Below, piece by piece: positions 31,001 to 39,014 of a stretch of DNA of 52,934 nt. The notes under the pieces were generated by a model, which searched no databases, had not been told where the DNA came from, and was given only the letters and a program-made list of their open reading frames with translations. The position numbers were made by a program, and so were the translations under genes. This DNA is from Pontiellaceae bacterium. Its GTDB lineage: Bacteria; Verrucomicrobiota; Kiritimatiellia; Kiritimatiellales; Tichowtungiaceae. Location: contig JAOZSE010000001.1 of the NCBI GenBank assembly GCA_029939835.1, forward strand, positions 1 to 52,934, read 5' to 3'. How positions within the stretch are numbered: position 1 is the first letter of the stretch; each line of letters starts with the position of its first letter.

Positions 31001-31599
31001 AAGTTCTGGAAGCCGCCGACGGCGATGAGCAGAAAGCATTCGTTCGCGTCGGCGGACTGGTGGATAAATATAAAAAGGTGTTCACGAAAAAAGATGAGCC
31101 CCGCCCCTACGCGCGTTTCCGGATCGAGGGCCTGGAAGCAGCGGTAAGCGCCGTGGTCTGGCCGGACGATTTCGGAAAATTTGAACCCCTGCTCAGCGAC
31201 GGTGCCCCCGTGATGATTGGCGGACGCATTACGCGCGATTTCCGCGACGAGCTCGAAATCCAGGTGGCGGAAATTTTTCCGCTGACAGAAGCGCACAAGC
31301 TATTCGCGGAAAAAGTAAGCCTGCACCTGCCGGAAGCGGCGCTGAGTGAAGCAAAGCTGCAAAGCATCCGGCAGATTGCGGCAGCGCATAAGGGCTCAAC
31401 GCCGCTGACGATCTGCGTGTTGCTCGACTCCGGCGAAAAAGTGTTCATCAAGGCCGACCACCGCTGTCAGGTAACCGCCTCGCCGGAACTGGTGCGGGAA
31501 TTCGAACATCTGGCAGGCGAAGAAGCTGTTTATGTCGGCGCGCGGACGCAGCCGCTCCTGCGCGAACCGGAAAAGCGCCGCTTCAACAGAAAGCGGTGA
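28054..31599 (+). CDS. dnaE: DNA polymerase III alpha subunit
   Basis: PHP HLHFHTEYSLLD, GPGRGSGAGS, PDFDIDF, KMDFLGL, YGFNKSH, SLFD clamp-binding-like motif, OB fold. Confidence 0.98.
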   Translation: MKTVPFCHLHFHTEYSLLDSSCKVAEAVKTAGELGQEHLAITDHGVLYGVIDFYKQARKAGIKPIIGCEVYIARNGMDEKTSQADNLHLVLLAEDNEGYNNLMHLVSLGHLEGFYYKPRIDKNILRQYSKGLIGLSACLKGEVAEACAEGAVEKAVRLAQEYADIFGPDNFFLELMDHGIPEQKTANKHLIEVAKQTGLPLVATNDVHYLRQEHRDAHDVMICLQQGNVLSDTGRMRYEGDQFYMKSGAEMLRLFPEHPEALANTMEIAHRCNVEFDLENPPLHFPTYDLPEKGMSQKDYLIQIGKEGLRGLYGVENLDAPKDEKEKEIAERFSYEVGIIEKTGFINYFLVVQDFIRYAKEHGIPVGPGRGSGAGSLLAYALGITALDPLHYGLIFERFLNPDRVSPPDFDIDFCQARREEVIEYVKEKYGRENVAQIITFGTLGAKTVIRDIGRVLEKPLGDCDKLAKMVPETPGTTLQKAVDENPDFKRAIKQNPDARDIMKHAWILEGLPRHTGTHAAGVVIGEKPLIDILPLARDKNKEVITQFEMKPMESIGLLKMDFLGLKTLTVIQEAVAQIRATHGLELDIQRIPLDDQKTYDLLNRGDTIGVFQVESPGMRDTLRKIGLDRVEDLIAMIALYRPGPMQFIDEFIARKHGKVEIKYDHPLLEEILKETYGIIVYQEQIQQAANKLAGFSLGQGDILRRAMGKKDKAVMAAQREHFLTGCKETNNIDRKLGGKLWEMIEKFAEYGFNKSHSAAYGIISYQTAWLKANYPEEFMAALLSSEMGNPDKLSFLLAEAREMGLNVRAPSVNESIARFRPAKGAIHFGLAGVKNVGAGAVEALTAEREANGPFEGLMDFCIRMDSREVNRKTGESLIKCGAFDFCKKPRSRLFAGLEMALGRAAAVQRDQTAGQGSLFDMLDSGPAQNTDDDLPDVEPWPDSEMLSAEKELIGFYISGHPLASHEWDLNTFALQRIGELGEVLEAADGDEQKAFVRVGGLVDKYKKVFTKKDEPRPYARFRIEGLEAAVSAVVWPDDFGKFEPLLSDGAPVMIGGRITRDFRDELEIQVAEIFPLTEAHKLFAEKVSLHLPEAALSEAKLQSIRQIAAAHKGSTPLTICVLLDSGEKVFIKADHRCQVTASPELVREFEHLAGEEAVYVGARTQPLLREPEKRRFNRKR

Positions 31600-31633
31600 T
31601 ACGGAATACCTTTATCACCGCGCTCCAAAGTTT

Positions 31634-32383
31634 TCAGAAAACCAGATACCGAAACGCCGAAAACGCCGTAACGACAATCAGCAGCCAGCGGATAAAGGGC
31701 GCGCCGCGTTTAGCGGCTTCGTACGTGGCGACCCAGGCGCCGAGCATATTGCCGGCGGCAAGCGTCAGCCCCAGATCCCAGCGCACCAGTCCGTTCATCA
31801 GGAATATCGCCAGCACGGGTATTGTGTAACACAGCACGATCAGCAGCTTCATGGCATTGCCGCGCACGAGATCGAATCCCGCCGCCATCACCAGCGCCGT
31901 CAGCAGGAAAACGCCGACGCCGATCTGGATATAGCCGCCGTAGAGGCCCACCAGAAAGAAGCTGATCATCTGCACCGGTCCGGAGCGTTTGTGCAATTTT
32001 TCCGTTTGCCCCTCCAGCCAGCGTTTCGGTTTAAAGAAGAGAAGAAAAAGCACCAGCAACATACACAGGCCGATTGAAACGCGGAGCACTTCTGCATTCA
32101 CCTGCCCCGCAATAAACGCCCCCGCAATTCCGCCCGCCACGGCAGGCAGGATGATCCCGATGTGCTCACGAACCTGAAGTTTTCCCTGTTTTTTAAAGCG
32201 CCCGACCGCAACTGCGTTTTGTAATAAAATCGCAATGCGATTCGTGCCGTTGGCTATATCCAGCGGAAGCCCTGCCAGATTCAGCACGGCCAGTGAAACC
32301 ACCGACCCGCTCCCGGCGAGCGTATTGATAAATCCCGCACAGAATCCGGCCGCCACCAAGAGAGGATATATCCACCATTCCAT
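31634..32383 (-). CDS. TauE/SafE (TSUP) family exporter
   Basis: AGFINTLAGSG, ANGTNR, GLYGGYIQIGVG; multiple TM helices. Confidence 0.9.
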   Translation of the reverse strand: MEWWIYPLLVAAGFCAGFINTLAGSGSVVSLAVLNLAGLPLDIANGTNRIAILLQNAVAVGRFKKQGKLQVREHIGIILPAVAGGIAGAFIAGQVNAEVLRVSIGLCMLLVLFLLFFKPKRWLEGQTEKLHKRSGPVQMISFFLVGLYGGYIQIGVGVFLLTALVMAAGFDLVRGNAMKLLIVLCYTIPVLAIFLMNGLVRWDLGLTLAAGNMLGAWVATYEAAKRGAPFIRWLLIVVTAFSAFRYLVF

Positions 32384-32439
32384 GCGAGAAAGAATGGAGT
32401 ATTGGAGTGCTGGATTACAGGCATATTTTCACCACTCAA

Positions 32440-32460
32440 CCTTCGCCAAGGCTACGGCGG
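32440..32460 (-). repeat. Partial family-E palindromic element
   Basis: Reverse complement CCGCCGTAGCCTTGGCGAAGG matches the core of 36689-36718. Confidence 0.75.
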
Positions 32461-32722
32461 GCGCGGCAGAGGACACCGAGAGGGTTCAAAGGGTGGGAAA
32501 TATCAAAAGACCCGGGATATGCGTCTGACACATATCATCTATATTTCCGGGTATTCCGTCGCTCCGGGAACCCCGGCCTTGTCTCGAACATGAATTTCTT
32601 AAAGCTTTCAACCTGTTTGATTGCCGTGCCGCCCAACCCGCACTAAACTCAACACGACTTACACGGGAAAACGTCTGACGCTCATTACACGTTGGCACAA
32701 AACAAAAAAGCCGGAGGTAACA

Positions 32723-33139
32723 ATGAAACAGAGACAGATATTCATTACTGCATTTGACAAGAAGCGGCTTGATGAACTCATTGCTGTGGCCCGCGAATTT
32801 GGCGAGCATGCCCGAAACGATCTCCATGATCTATCGGAAGAGCTGGCACGAGCAAAGGTCGTTGAACCAAAGAAGGTGCCACCGAGCGTGGTAACCATGA
32901 ATTCAAAGGTTATCCTTCAAAATCTCGATACCTCTGAAGAGTTGACATATTGTTTGGTCTTTCCCGATGAAGCGGATATTGACTCAGGCGCGATCTCGAT
33001 TCTTGCACCTGTGGGAACAGCCATTCTCGGTTACGGAGAAGGGGACGTGATTGAATGGGCAGTCCCTTCCGGCAAAACACGAATCAGGATCGAGAAAATT
33101 CTCTACCAGCCCGAGGCATCCGGAGATTTCCATCGCTAG
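32723..33139 (+). CDS. rnk: Nucleoside diphosphate kinase regulator (GreA/GreB family)
   Basis: IFIT..D..RL, EL.RA.VV, VVTMNS.V, ISILAPVGTAILG, YQPEASG; SD GGAGG. Confidence 0.92.
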   Translation: MKQRQIFITAFDKKRLDELIAVAREFGEHARNDLHDLSEELARAKVVEPKKVPPSVVTMNSKVILQNLDTSEELTYCLVFPDEADIDSGAISILAPVGTAILGYGEGDVIEWAVPSGKTRIRIEKILYQPEASGDFHR

Positions 33140-33169
33140 TGCCAACAATCCATCACACCATTCCCTTCT

Positions 33170-33229
33170 TGATCCAACCGCCGCCGAGGACTTCGTCGCC
33201 GTCGTAGATGACCGGGGGTGAGCGCAAAC
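33170..33229 (-). repeat. Vestigial second copy of the mnmA 3' end
   Basis: 33170-33212 matches 34003-34045 (41/43); after an 11-nt gap 33213-33229 matches 34057-34073 (15/17). Confidence 0.9.
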
Positions 33230-33288
33230 GTCCGGCAAATCAAGTACCTCATTGCGGGCGCAAGCAGATGCATGGTATAAATGCGGCC

Positions 33289-33480
33289 ATGAAAAGAGAA
33301 ATTACCCGCATTGGCCGCATGACGGATAAACAAAACGATGCGTTTGTCCCGGGAACGCCCGCCCGCCGTCTGGATCTGGTTTGGCCACTGACCCGGGAAG
33401 TAACCTCTTTAAGCAGGCAACACGATGCTGAACGAAGACTACAAAGAAATGTTACAGTCCTTAGCCGCCGAGGACGTTAA
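33289..33480 (+). CDS. Small protein paired with a nucleotidyltransferase (putative TA partner)
   Basis: 63 aa (TPARRLDLVWPLT...RRLQRNV); overlaps the next gene by 56 nt; -10 TATAAA upstream. Confidence 0.6.
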   Translation: MKREITRIGRMTDKQNDAFVPGTPARRLDLVWPLTREVTSLSRQHDAERRLQRNVTVLSRRGR

Positions 33481-33898
33481 ATTTCTCCTCGTCGGAGCCT
33501 ACGCGCTGGCGGCCCACGGTTATCCGCGCGCCACCATGGATATTGATATATGGGTGATGCCCTCGCCGGACAATGCAGAGGCGGTGCTCCGCGCGCTGCA
33601 TAAATTCGGTACTCCGCCGCACGGACTGACCGCCGCCGACCTCCAGAAAGAGGATACTGTTTTCCAGATTGGTGTTGCTCCCCGCCGCATTGATATTATT
33701 ACCGGCGCATCGGGACTTCGGTTTGACGACACCTTTGCGCGGTCCATTGAAACAGATATTGAAGGACTCAAAATTCACATCCCGGCCCTGGACGATCTCA
33801 TCCGCAACAAGAAGGCGACGGGGCGAACCAAAGATATGGCTGACGCAGAAGCGCTTGAGCAGCTCAAAGACTCCGAACCATACCGAATTAAAAAGTAG
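33425..33898 (+). CDS. Pol-beta superfamily nucleotidyltransferase
   Basis: LVGAYALAAHGYPRAT.DIDI, RIDI, LIRNK.ATGR.KD.AD. Confidence 0.85.
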   Translation: MLNEDYKEMLQSLAAEDVKFLLVGAYALAAHGYPRATMDIDIWVMPSPDNAEAVLRALHKFGTPPHGLTAADLQKEDTVFQIGVAPRRIDIITGASGLRFDDTFARSIETDIEGLKIHIPALDDLIRNKKATGRTKDMADAEALEQLKDSEPYRIKK

Positions 33899-33944
33899 AA
33901 CAGGCTTCCAGCCTGTCCAGAGACAGCCAGGATGGCTGTCCTAC
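33895..33944. repeat. GTAG REP doublet (family B)
   Basis: GTAGAACAGGCTTCCAGCCTGTC ... GACAGCCAGGATGGCTGTCCTAC. Confidence 0.9.
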
Positions 33945-33982
33945 ATTTGGAAAAACACCGATTTTGGCCTAACGTTCATAAT

Positions 33983-35044
33983 TCAGCCTTGCTCCTTCTT
34001 TCTGATCCACCCGCCGCCGAGGACTTCGTCGCCATCGTAGATGACGGCGGCCTGGCCGGGAGTGAGTGCAAACTGCGGTTCGTCAAACCGGATTGCAATT
34101 TCGTTTTCCGACACCGGCTCCAGTTTGGCTGCTGCACCTTCGTGACGGTACCGCGGCTGAACGGTGTATGTCCGTGTGAGGTCGGGCGGTGCACCCGCAA
34201 TCCAGTGCGCGTCGGTAACGATGCCTTCGGACTGCATCACCTTTTCGCGCGGCGAGAGGGTGATTTCATTTTGATCAGAGTCGATGTTACTGACGTAAAC
34301 GCGCTCGCCGGTGGCGACGCCGGTTCCGCCGCGCTGGCCGATGGTGAAGCGATGAATGCCATCGTGCTCAGCAAGCACGTTGCCTTCGTCGTCGCGCACG
34401 GCGCCTTTGCGCTTTACGTCCGGCGCGCGGGCTTCGATGAATTCGGGGTATTGCCCGTCCGCGACGAAACAGAGATCCTGGCTTTCGCCGCGCGGCACAA
34501 TCGGCAGGCCTTTTTCAACTGACCAGCGTTTGACGGCCTCTTTTTTCCACTCACCGAGCGGAAACAAAATGTGCGCGAGCTGGCGTTGCGAAAGCCGGTG
34601 GAGAAAGTAGGTCTGGTCTTTCGTTTCATCTGCGGCCCGCAACAGGTGAAACGTACCGCCCTGCTCTTCGATGCGCGCGTAGTGGCCGGTGGCGAGATAT
34701 TCGCAGTCGAGCTGCGTCGCACGGTCGAGCAGGAAGCCGAATTTTATGTAGCGGTTGCAGGCAATACACGGTGACGGTGTGCGACCCGCCGCGTATTCGG
34801 CAACAAACGGGTTGACCACATGTTTTTCGAAAAGCTCCTGCGCGTTGACCACGTAGTGGCGGATGCCGAGCGCCGCACAGACTTTTTTGGCACGCTCCAC
34901 GTCTTCAAGCGAGCAGCAGCGCGATCCGTCCTTCCACATGTGGGCGGTGAGGCCGATGACCTCAACCCCCTGCTCCACCAAAAGCGCCGCCGCTACGGAA
35001 CTGTCCGTGCCGCCGCTCATCCCGACTGCCACGCGCTTTTTCAT
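33983..35044 (-). CDS. mnmA: tRNA-specific 2-thiouridylase MnmA
   Basis: MSGGTDSS, TPSPC..CN..IKF, ATGHYAR, KDQTYFL, ESQDLCF, TPGQAAV.Y. Confidence 0.97.
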   Translation of the reverse strand: MKKRVAVGMSGGTDSSVAAALLVEQGVEVIGLTAHMWKDGSRCCSLEDVERAKKVCAALGIRHYVVNAQELFEKHVVNPFVAEYAAGRTPSPCIACNRYIKFGFLLDRATQLDCEYLATGHYARIEEQGGTFHLLRAADETKDQTYFLHRLSQRQLAHILFPLGEWKKEAVKRWSVEKGLPIVPRGESQDLCFVADGQYPEFIEARAPDVKRKGAVRDDEGNVLAEHDGIHRFTIGQRGGTGVATGERVYVSNIDSDQNEITLSPREKVMQSEGIVTDAHWIAGAPPDLTRTYTVQPRYRHEGAAAKLEPVSENEIAIRFDEPQFALTPGQAAVIYDGDEVLGGGWIRKKEQG

Positions 35045-35922
35045 CCGTTGTACGGCTCAATGTGTACGACGACATCGGCTACGGAGGGCCCTTCGCCGAG
35101 CAGTTTTTGCTGCACCTGGTGAGCGATCTGATGCCCGGCATCTACGGTAATGGTGCCGTCCACCTGTACATGCAGATCCACATAAATACCCGTGCCGAAC
35201 CAGCGGGTGCGTATTTTATGCGCCGCATAGACGCCGGGCACGGTTTTGACCAGCGCGGCAATATGCCGCACTTCTTCGTGGTTGGCGCCGCGCTCTGAAA
35301 GTTCGGCAAGCGCCGGGGAAGCGATGTTCCACGCCACTTTAAGGATCAGCAGCGCTACAATCAGTGCGCCGATCTGGTCGAGAATGATCCATTTCGGAAA
35401 ATACGAGGCCACGCCCACCGCGACCAGCGCAGGGATGGAACTAAGCGCGTCGCTGCGATGATGCCACGCGTTGGCAATCAGGGCGGAAGAACGAGCCCGC
35501 TTGCCGACCGCGCGGGTGCGGCGGAAAAGAACCTCCTTGGCGAGGATGGAAACCAGAGGGCCGAGCATCGCAATCGAAAGCGGCGGACAGGTTTGCGGTC
35601 CGGTGATCCGGCGAACCGCCGCCCAGCCCAGACCAAACGCCACCGAAGCAAGGATTATGCTGATGATCAGCGTGATGATCGTTTCAATCCGCTGGTGCCC
35701 GTAGGGGTGGGTTTCATCGGCGGGGGCTGACCAGAGTCTGATGCCGAAGAGCACCAGTAGATCGGTCGCCATGTCGGACAGGCTGTGCACAGCATCCGCC
35801 ACGACTGCTTGCGAACGGCCGACGATGCCCAGCGCAAACTTCAGCACGGACAGCATCAGGTTAACGATCAGCCCGATCACGGTAATGCGCCGAGCCTGCT
35901 GTATGGTTTTTATTGTGTCCAC
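35041..35922 (-). CDS. Cation diffusion facilitator transporter
   Basis: ADAVHSLSD, HPYGH, ANAWHHRSD, DVVVHIEP; start probably GTG 35922. Confidence 0.93.
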   Translation of the reverse strand: MDTIKTIQQARRITVIGLIVNLMLSVLKFALGIVGRSQAVVADAVHSLSDMATDLLVLFGIRLWSAPADETHPYGHQRIETIITLIISIILASVAFGLGWAAVRRITGPQTCPPLSIAMLGPLVSILAKEVLFRRTRAVGKRARSSALIANAWHHRSDALSSIPALVAVGVASYFPKWIILDQIGALIVALLILKVAWNIASPALAELSERGANHEEVRHIAALVKTVPGVYAAHKIRTRWFGTGIYVDLHVQVDGTITVDAGHQIAHQVQQKLLGEGPSVADVVVHIEPYNG

Positions 35923-36097
35923 AATGGCTCGGAAGATAGCGTGAAACAAATGCAAAAGCGAGTGGTTTGCCGCGTCGAAAAGAAAAACCGTAAAACGGGC
36001 TTCTTCTTTGCGGTTATACTTGCTGTCCCGCACCTCTTTTGGCATCCTTCGTGGTCAACAGGCAGGATTCCCCTGCCGAAGATGATGGAGGTACACA

Positions 36098-36469
36098 GTG
36101 GCCCGAATACTTGTAGTAGATGATGAATCAACCATTGCCGCGATACTGGAACAAACGCTGACGCGCGCCGGCTATGATGTACTGGTGGCCCGCGACGGCC
36201 TTGACGCGCTGCAAAAACTTTTAATGGGCGGCATTGATCTGGTGGTCACGGATATCATCATGCCGAATATGAACGGGCTCGAGATGATCAAGGAGATGCA
36301 GACCAAGTATCCCAAGGTGAAGATCATTGCCATTTCCGGCGGCGGCCCGAAGGGCGGCCCCACGGACTATCTGGACGTAGCGAAAGACCTGGGCGCCGCA
36401 CGCTGTCTGTTCAAGCCGTTTATGCTCAATGAACTCACCGCACTGGTTAAAGACCTGCTGGAGGAATAA
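36098..36469 (+). CDS. Single-domain response regulator (REC)
   Basis: ILVVDDE, TDIIMP, ISG, KPF; SD GGAGG. Confidence 0.93.
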   Translation: MARILVVDDESTIAAILEQTLTRAGYDVLVARDGLDALQKLLMGGIDLVVTDIIMPNMNGLEMIKEMQTKYPKVKIIAISGGGPKGGPTDYLDVAKDLGAARCLFKPFMLNELTALVKDLLEE

Positions 36470-36505
36470 GCCTGCGGAAAATAACCGCCCGGTTGTTTTA
36501 AACGT

Positions 36506-36537
36506 AAAGGCCGCTCCGAAGCTTCGGGGCGGCCTTT
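36506..36537. terminator. Bidirectional intrinsic terminator
   Basis: AAAGGCCGCTCCGAAGCTTCGGGGCGGCCTTT between the convergent REC gene and tRNA. Confidence 0.75.
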
Positions 36538-36576
36538 GTATTCATACCAATCGCTAAAACTTTCCGGTATATATTA

Positions 36577-36638
36577 TTGGCTCTGAGAGCCAACTCTACA
36601 TTGCGAAGCAATGTTGTAGGGTGGGTTCTATGAACCCA
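36577..36638. repeat. GTAG REP doublet (family C, GTAG ends facing inward)
   Basis: TTGGCTCTGAGAGCCAACTCTAC ... GTAGGGTGGGTTCTATGAACCCA; homologous to 41771-41830. Confidence 0.8.
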
Positions 36639-36676
36639 TTTTGTACCCAAAGGTTTTTGAAACTGGGATTAGATGG

Positions 36677-36747
36677 CCTGCCATCCGACCTGTCCGCCGA
36701 AGCCTTGGCGAAGGCGGAAGCTCATCCACAGGATGAGCGTAGGGTGG
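36677..36747. repeat. Nested family-E palindromic elements at the tRNA-Asp 3' end
   Basis: Inner 30-bp CCTGTCCGCCGAAGCCTTGGCGAAGGCGGA (36689-36718) inside CCTGCCATCCGA^AGCTCATCCACAGGATGAGCGTAGGGTGG. Confidence 0.8.
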
Positions 36748-36822
36748 CGAGGATGACGAGACTCGAACTCGCAACCCCCAGCGTGACAGGCTGGTGCTCT
36801 AACCAAATTGAGCTACATCCCC
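36745..36822 (-). tRNA. tRNA-Asp (GTC), CCA encoded
   Basis: GGGGATGTAGCTCAATTTGGTTAGAGCACCAGCCT-GTC-ACGCTGGGGGTTGCGAGTTCGAGTCTCGTCATCCTCGCCA folds as a cloverleaf. Confidence 0.97.
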
Positions 36823-36904
36823 ACCTACGTGAGACACTCCGGCGGGCAGGCCCACCGAAAGAGAGGAAGAGAATAGTCGGCGGGCCTCTTATTTCAAGCG
36901 GAAA

Positions 36905-37666
36905 TTACGACAAGTTCATCAGGCTTCGCACCGCCGCTTCCAGATCGGGCTGCCGCAAAAGACTCTCCCCGACCAGCACGGCGGAGATCCCTGCTTCATA
37001 CAGCTTTTTCACATCCGCCGACGTGCGGATTCCGCTTTCGCTGATCAGCGTGCAGTCCGCCGGAGCCAGCTCGCGCAAAGCGAGCGTTGTTTCAATGTTG
37101 GTTTCGAAGGTCTTTAAGTCACGGTTGTTGATGCCAATGCAAAGAGCCTCTGCATCAATGGCCTGCTGCATTTCCTCCGCCGTATGCACCTCGACCAGCG
37201 GCGTCATACCAAGCGCCTGAATCTGGCGGATAAATTTTTTCAGTTCGACGGGCCCGAGAGCCGCGATAATCAGCAGTACGGCGGATGCGCCAAGCGCTTT
37301 GGCGTGCAGAATCTGCCAAGAGTCGATCACGAACTCCTTATAAAGCATCGGCACTGCAACCGCCGCGCGCACCGCCTTCCACAGCTCTTCGCCGCCGCCG
37401 AAATATTTCTCATCCATCAGGCATGAAATCGCCTGCGCACCTGCCGCCTCATAAGCCCGGGCAATTTTTGCGGGGTCAAACGGTTCGCGGATAACTCCGG
37501 CCGATGGCGACTGCCGTTTCACTTCCGCAATCAAAGCAATCGGCGCGGCTTGCAGTGCCGCAATAAAGTCCGGCGGAGAGGTGCCCTCCTGCTCCAGTTT
37601 CTGAAGAGGTTTGCGCGCCTCTATTTCCCGCCGCTTGTGCGCCATAATTTCTTCTAAAATATTCAT
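36905..37666 (-). CDS. trpC: Indole-3-glycerol phosphate synthase
   Basis: LIAEVKRQSPSAG, LVEVH, IGINNRDL, SESGI, LVGESL; start at MNILEEI. Confidence 0.96.
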   Translation of the reverse strand: MNILEEIMAHKRREIEARKPLQKLEQEGTSPPDFIAALQAAPIALIAEVKRQSPSAGVIREPFDPAKIARAYEAAGAQAISCLMDEKYFGGGEELWKAVRAAVAVPMLYKEFVIDSWQILHAKALGASAVLLIIAALGPVELKKFIRQIQALGMTPLVEVHTAEEMQQAIDAEALCIGINNRDLKTFETNIETTLALRELAPADCTLISESGIRTSADVKKLYEAGISAVLVGESLLRQPDLEAAVRSLMNLS

Positions 37667-37679
37667 GAGCTGTTCCAAT

Positions 37680-37753
37680 GTAGGACAGGCTTCCAGCCTG
37701 TCTGCCGCAATTCGGCACGTTGCATGGATGGACAGGCTGGAAGCCTGTCCTAC
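37680..37753. repeat. GTAG REP doublet (family B), perfect 23-bp inverted arms
   Basis: GTAGGACAGGCTTCCAGCCTGTC (37680-37702) and GACAGGCTGGAAGCCTGTCCTAC (37731-37753). Confidence 0.93.
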
Positions 37754-38865
37754 TTTGCTTCTGCTTGTTTCATTTTCAGATAGGCTTCGATAAAAGGGTC
37801 TATTTTCCCATCGAGCACACCCTGCACGTTGCCGATCTGCACATCGGTTCGGTGGTCTTTGACCATGGTGTAGGGTTGCATGACGTAGGAACGGATCTGT
37901 GAACCCCAGGCGATCTCCCCTTTGGCTCCGTAAAATTGTTCGGCTGCTTTTTTCTGTTTATCCAGTTCGTGTTCATACACTTTGGCCCGCAGAACCTTCA
38001 TGGCTTTGTCGCGGTTTTTGTGCTGCGAGCGTTCGGCCTGACACTGCACAACGATACCGGTCGGTAAATGGACCATGCGCACGGCGGAGTCGGTGGTGTT
38101 GACGTGCTGTCCGCCCGCACCCTGTGCGCGGTAGGTGTCGATGCGCAGATCGCCTTCATTAATCTCCACCTCAATGTTGTCATCAAGTTCAGCGGTGACG
38201 TCGAGGGCGACGAAGGAGGTGTGACGCCGCGATGCAGAGTCGAACGGGCTGATCCGCACAAGCCGGTGCACACCGCGTTCGCCTTTGAGCCGTCCGTAGG
38301 CGTAATCACCGGAGATCTGGAAGGTGACGCTTTTGATTCCGGCTTCCTCACCGGGCTGGTGGTCGAGAATGTCGACTTTAAATCCGTTTCGCTCGGCATA
38401 GCGGGTGTACATGCGGTAGAGGATGTCGGCCCAGTCGCACGATTCGGTGCCGCCCGCACCGGCGTGCAGACTGAGATAAGCGTTTTTGGGATCGAGTTCG
38501 CCGCCGAGCAATGACTGCATTTCCAAGGTTTGGAAGTTTTCTTCGCAAGTGGCCAGCATCTGCTCAATTTCCTTTTCAGCCTGTGCCTGTCCCGCCTCGT
38601 CTTCAGTTTCGGCCAGTTCGAGCATTACCTCGGCATCATCGAGCACCGATTCGATTTTTTCAAACGGAGCGATAACCGTTTTGACGGTTTTGGTGGCAAT
38701 AATGTTGGCATTGGCGGCGGCTTGATCGTTCCAAAAATCGGGCGCGGCGGCTTCGCTTTCAAGCCGGGCGGCTTCCGTGCGTTTTTCATCAATACCCAGG
38801 TAGCCTTGCATTTCGGTCAGGCGCGCGCGGACGGCAACGGTTTGTTCTTTGAGTTCTTCAAGCAT
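37750..38865 (-). CDS. prfB: Peptide chain release factor 2 (single ORF, no programmed frameshift)
   Basis: GAGGTES, SPF tripeptide, GGQ motif, WGSQIRSY. Confidence 0.97.
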   Translation of the reverse strand: MLEELKEQTVAVRARLTEMQGYLGIDEKRTEAARLESEAAAPDFWNDQAAANANIIATKTVKTVIAPFEKIESVLDDAEVMLELAETEDEAGQAQAEKEIEQMLATCEENFQTLEMQSLLGGELDPKNAYLSLHAGAGGTESCDWADILYRMYTRYAERNGFKVDILDHQPGEEAGIKSVTFQISGDYAYGRLKGERGVHRLVRISPFDSASRRHTSFVALDVTAELDDNIEVEINEGDLRIDTYRAQGAGGQHVNTTDSAVRMVHLPTGIVVQCQAERSQHKNRDKAMKVLRAKVYEHELDKQKKAAEQFYGAKGEIAWGSQIRSYVMQPYTMVKDHRTDVQIGNVQGVLDGKIDPFIEAYLKMKQAEAK

Positions 38866-38939
38866 GGTTCGAATTCGCCTTTCAAATTTTCATGCGAGAA
38901 ACCATATGACGATGTTGAGACTAAGGCAACCCAACACCA

Positions 38940-39014
38940 CCGCTTCCCTGCCGGGGAAGCGGTTCTACATCATCCGCGTATGTAGCGAACGTTTACCCGA
39001 CAGGGAAACGTTTG
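38940..39014. repeat. GTAG REP doublet overlapping the lnt 3' end
   Basis: CCGCTTCCCTGCCGGGGAAGCGGTTCTAC (38940-38968) and GTAGCGAACGTTTACCCGACAGGGAAACGTTTG (38982-39014). Confidence 0.7.

Noticed and set aside
28054-31599. Error-prone DnaE2 / imuABC cassette or intein in dnaE
   Set aside because: Sequence looks like a full replicative DnaE with intact PHP and C-terminal domains; no imuB and no intein-sized insertion
32692-32710. Sigma54 promoter upstream of rnk (TTGGCAC)
   Set aside because: No TTGC -12 element at the required spacing
36745-36822. Genomic island or prophage integrated at tRNA-Asp
   Set aside because: No integrase and no duplicated tRNA 3' fragment seen; only mini-elements abut it
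36621-37220. 199-aa ORF on +
   Set aside because: Runs across palindromic elements, antisense tRNA and antisense trpC; shadow ORF
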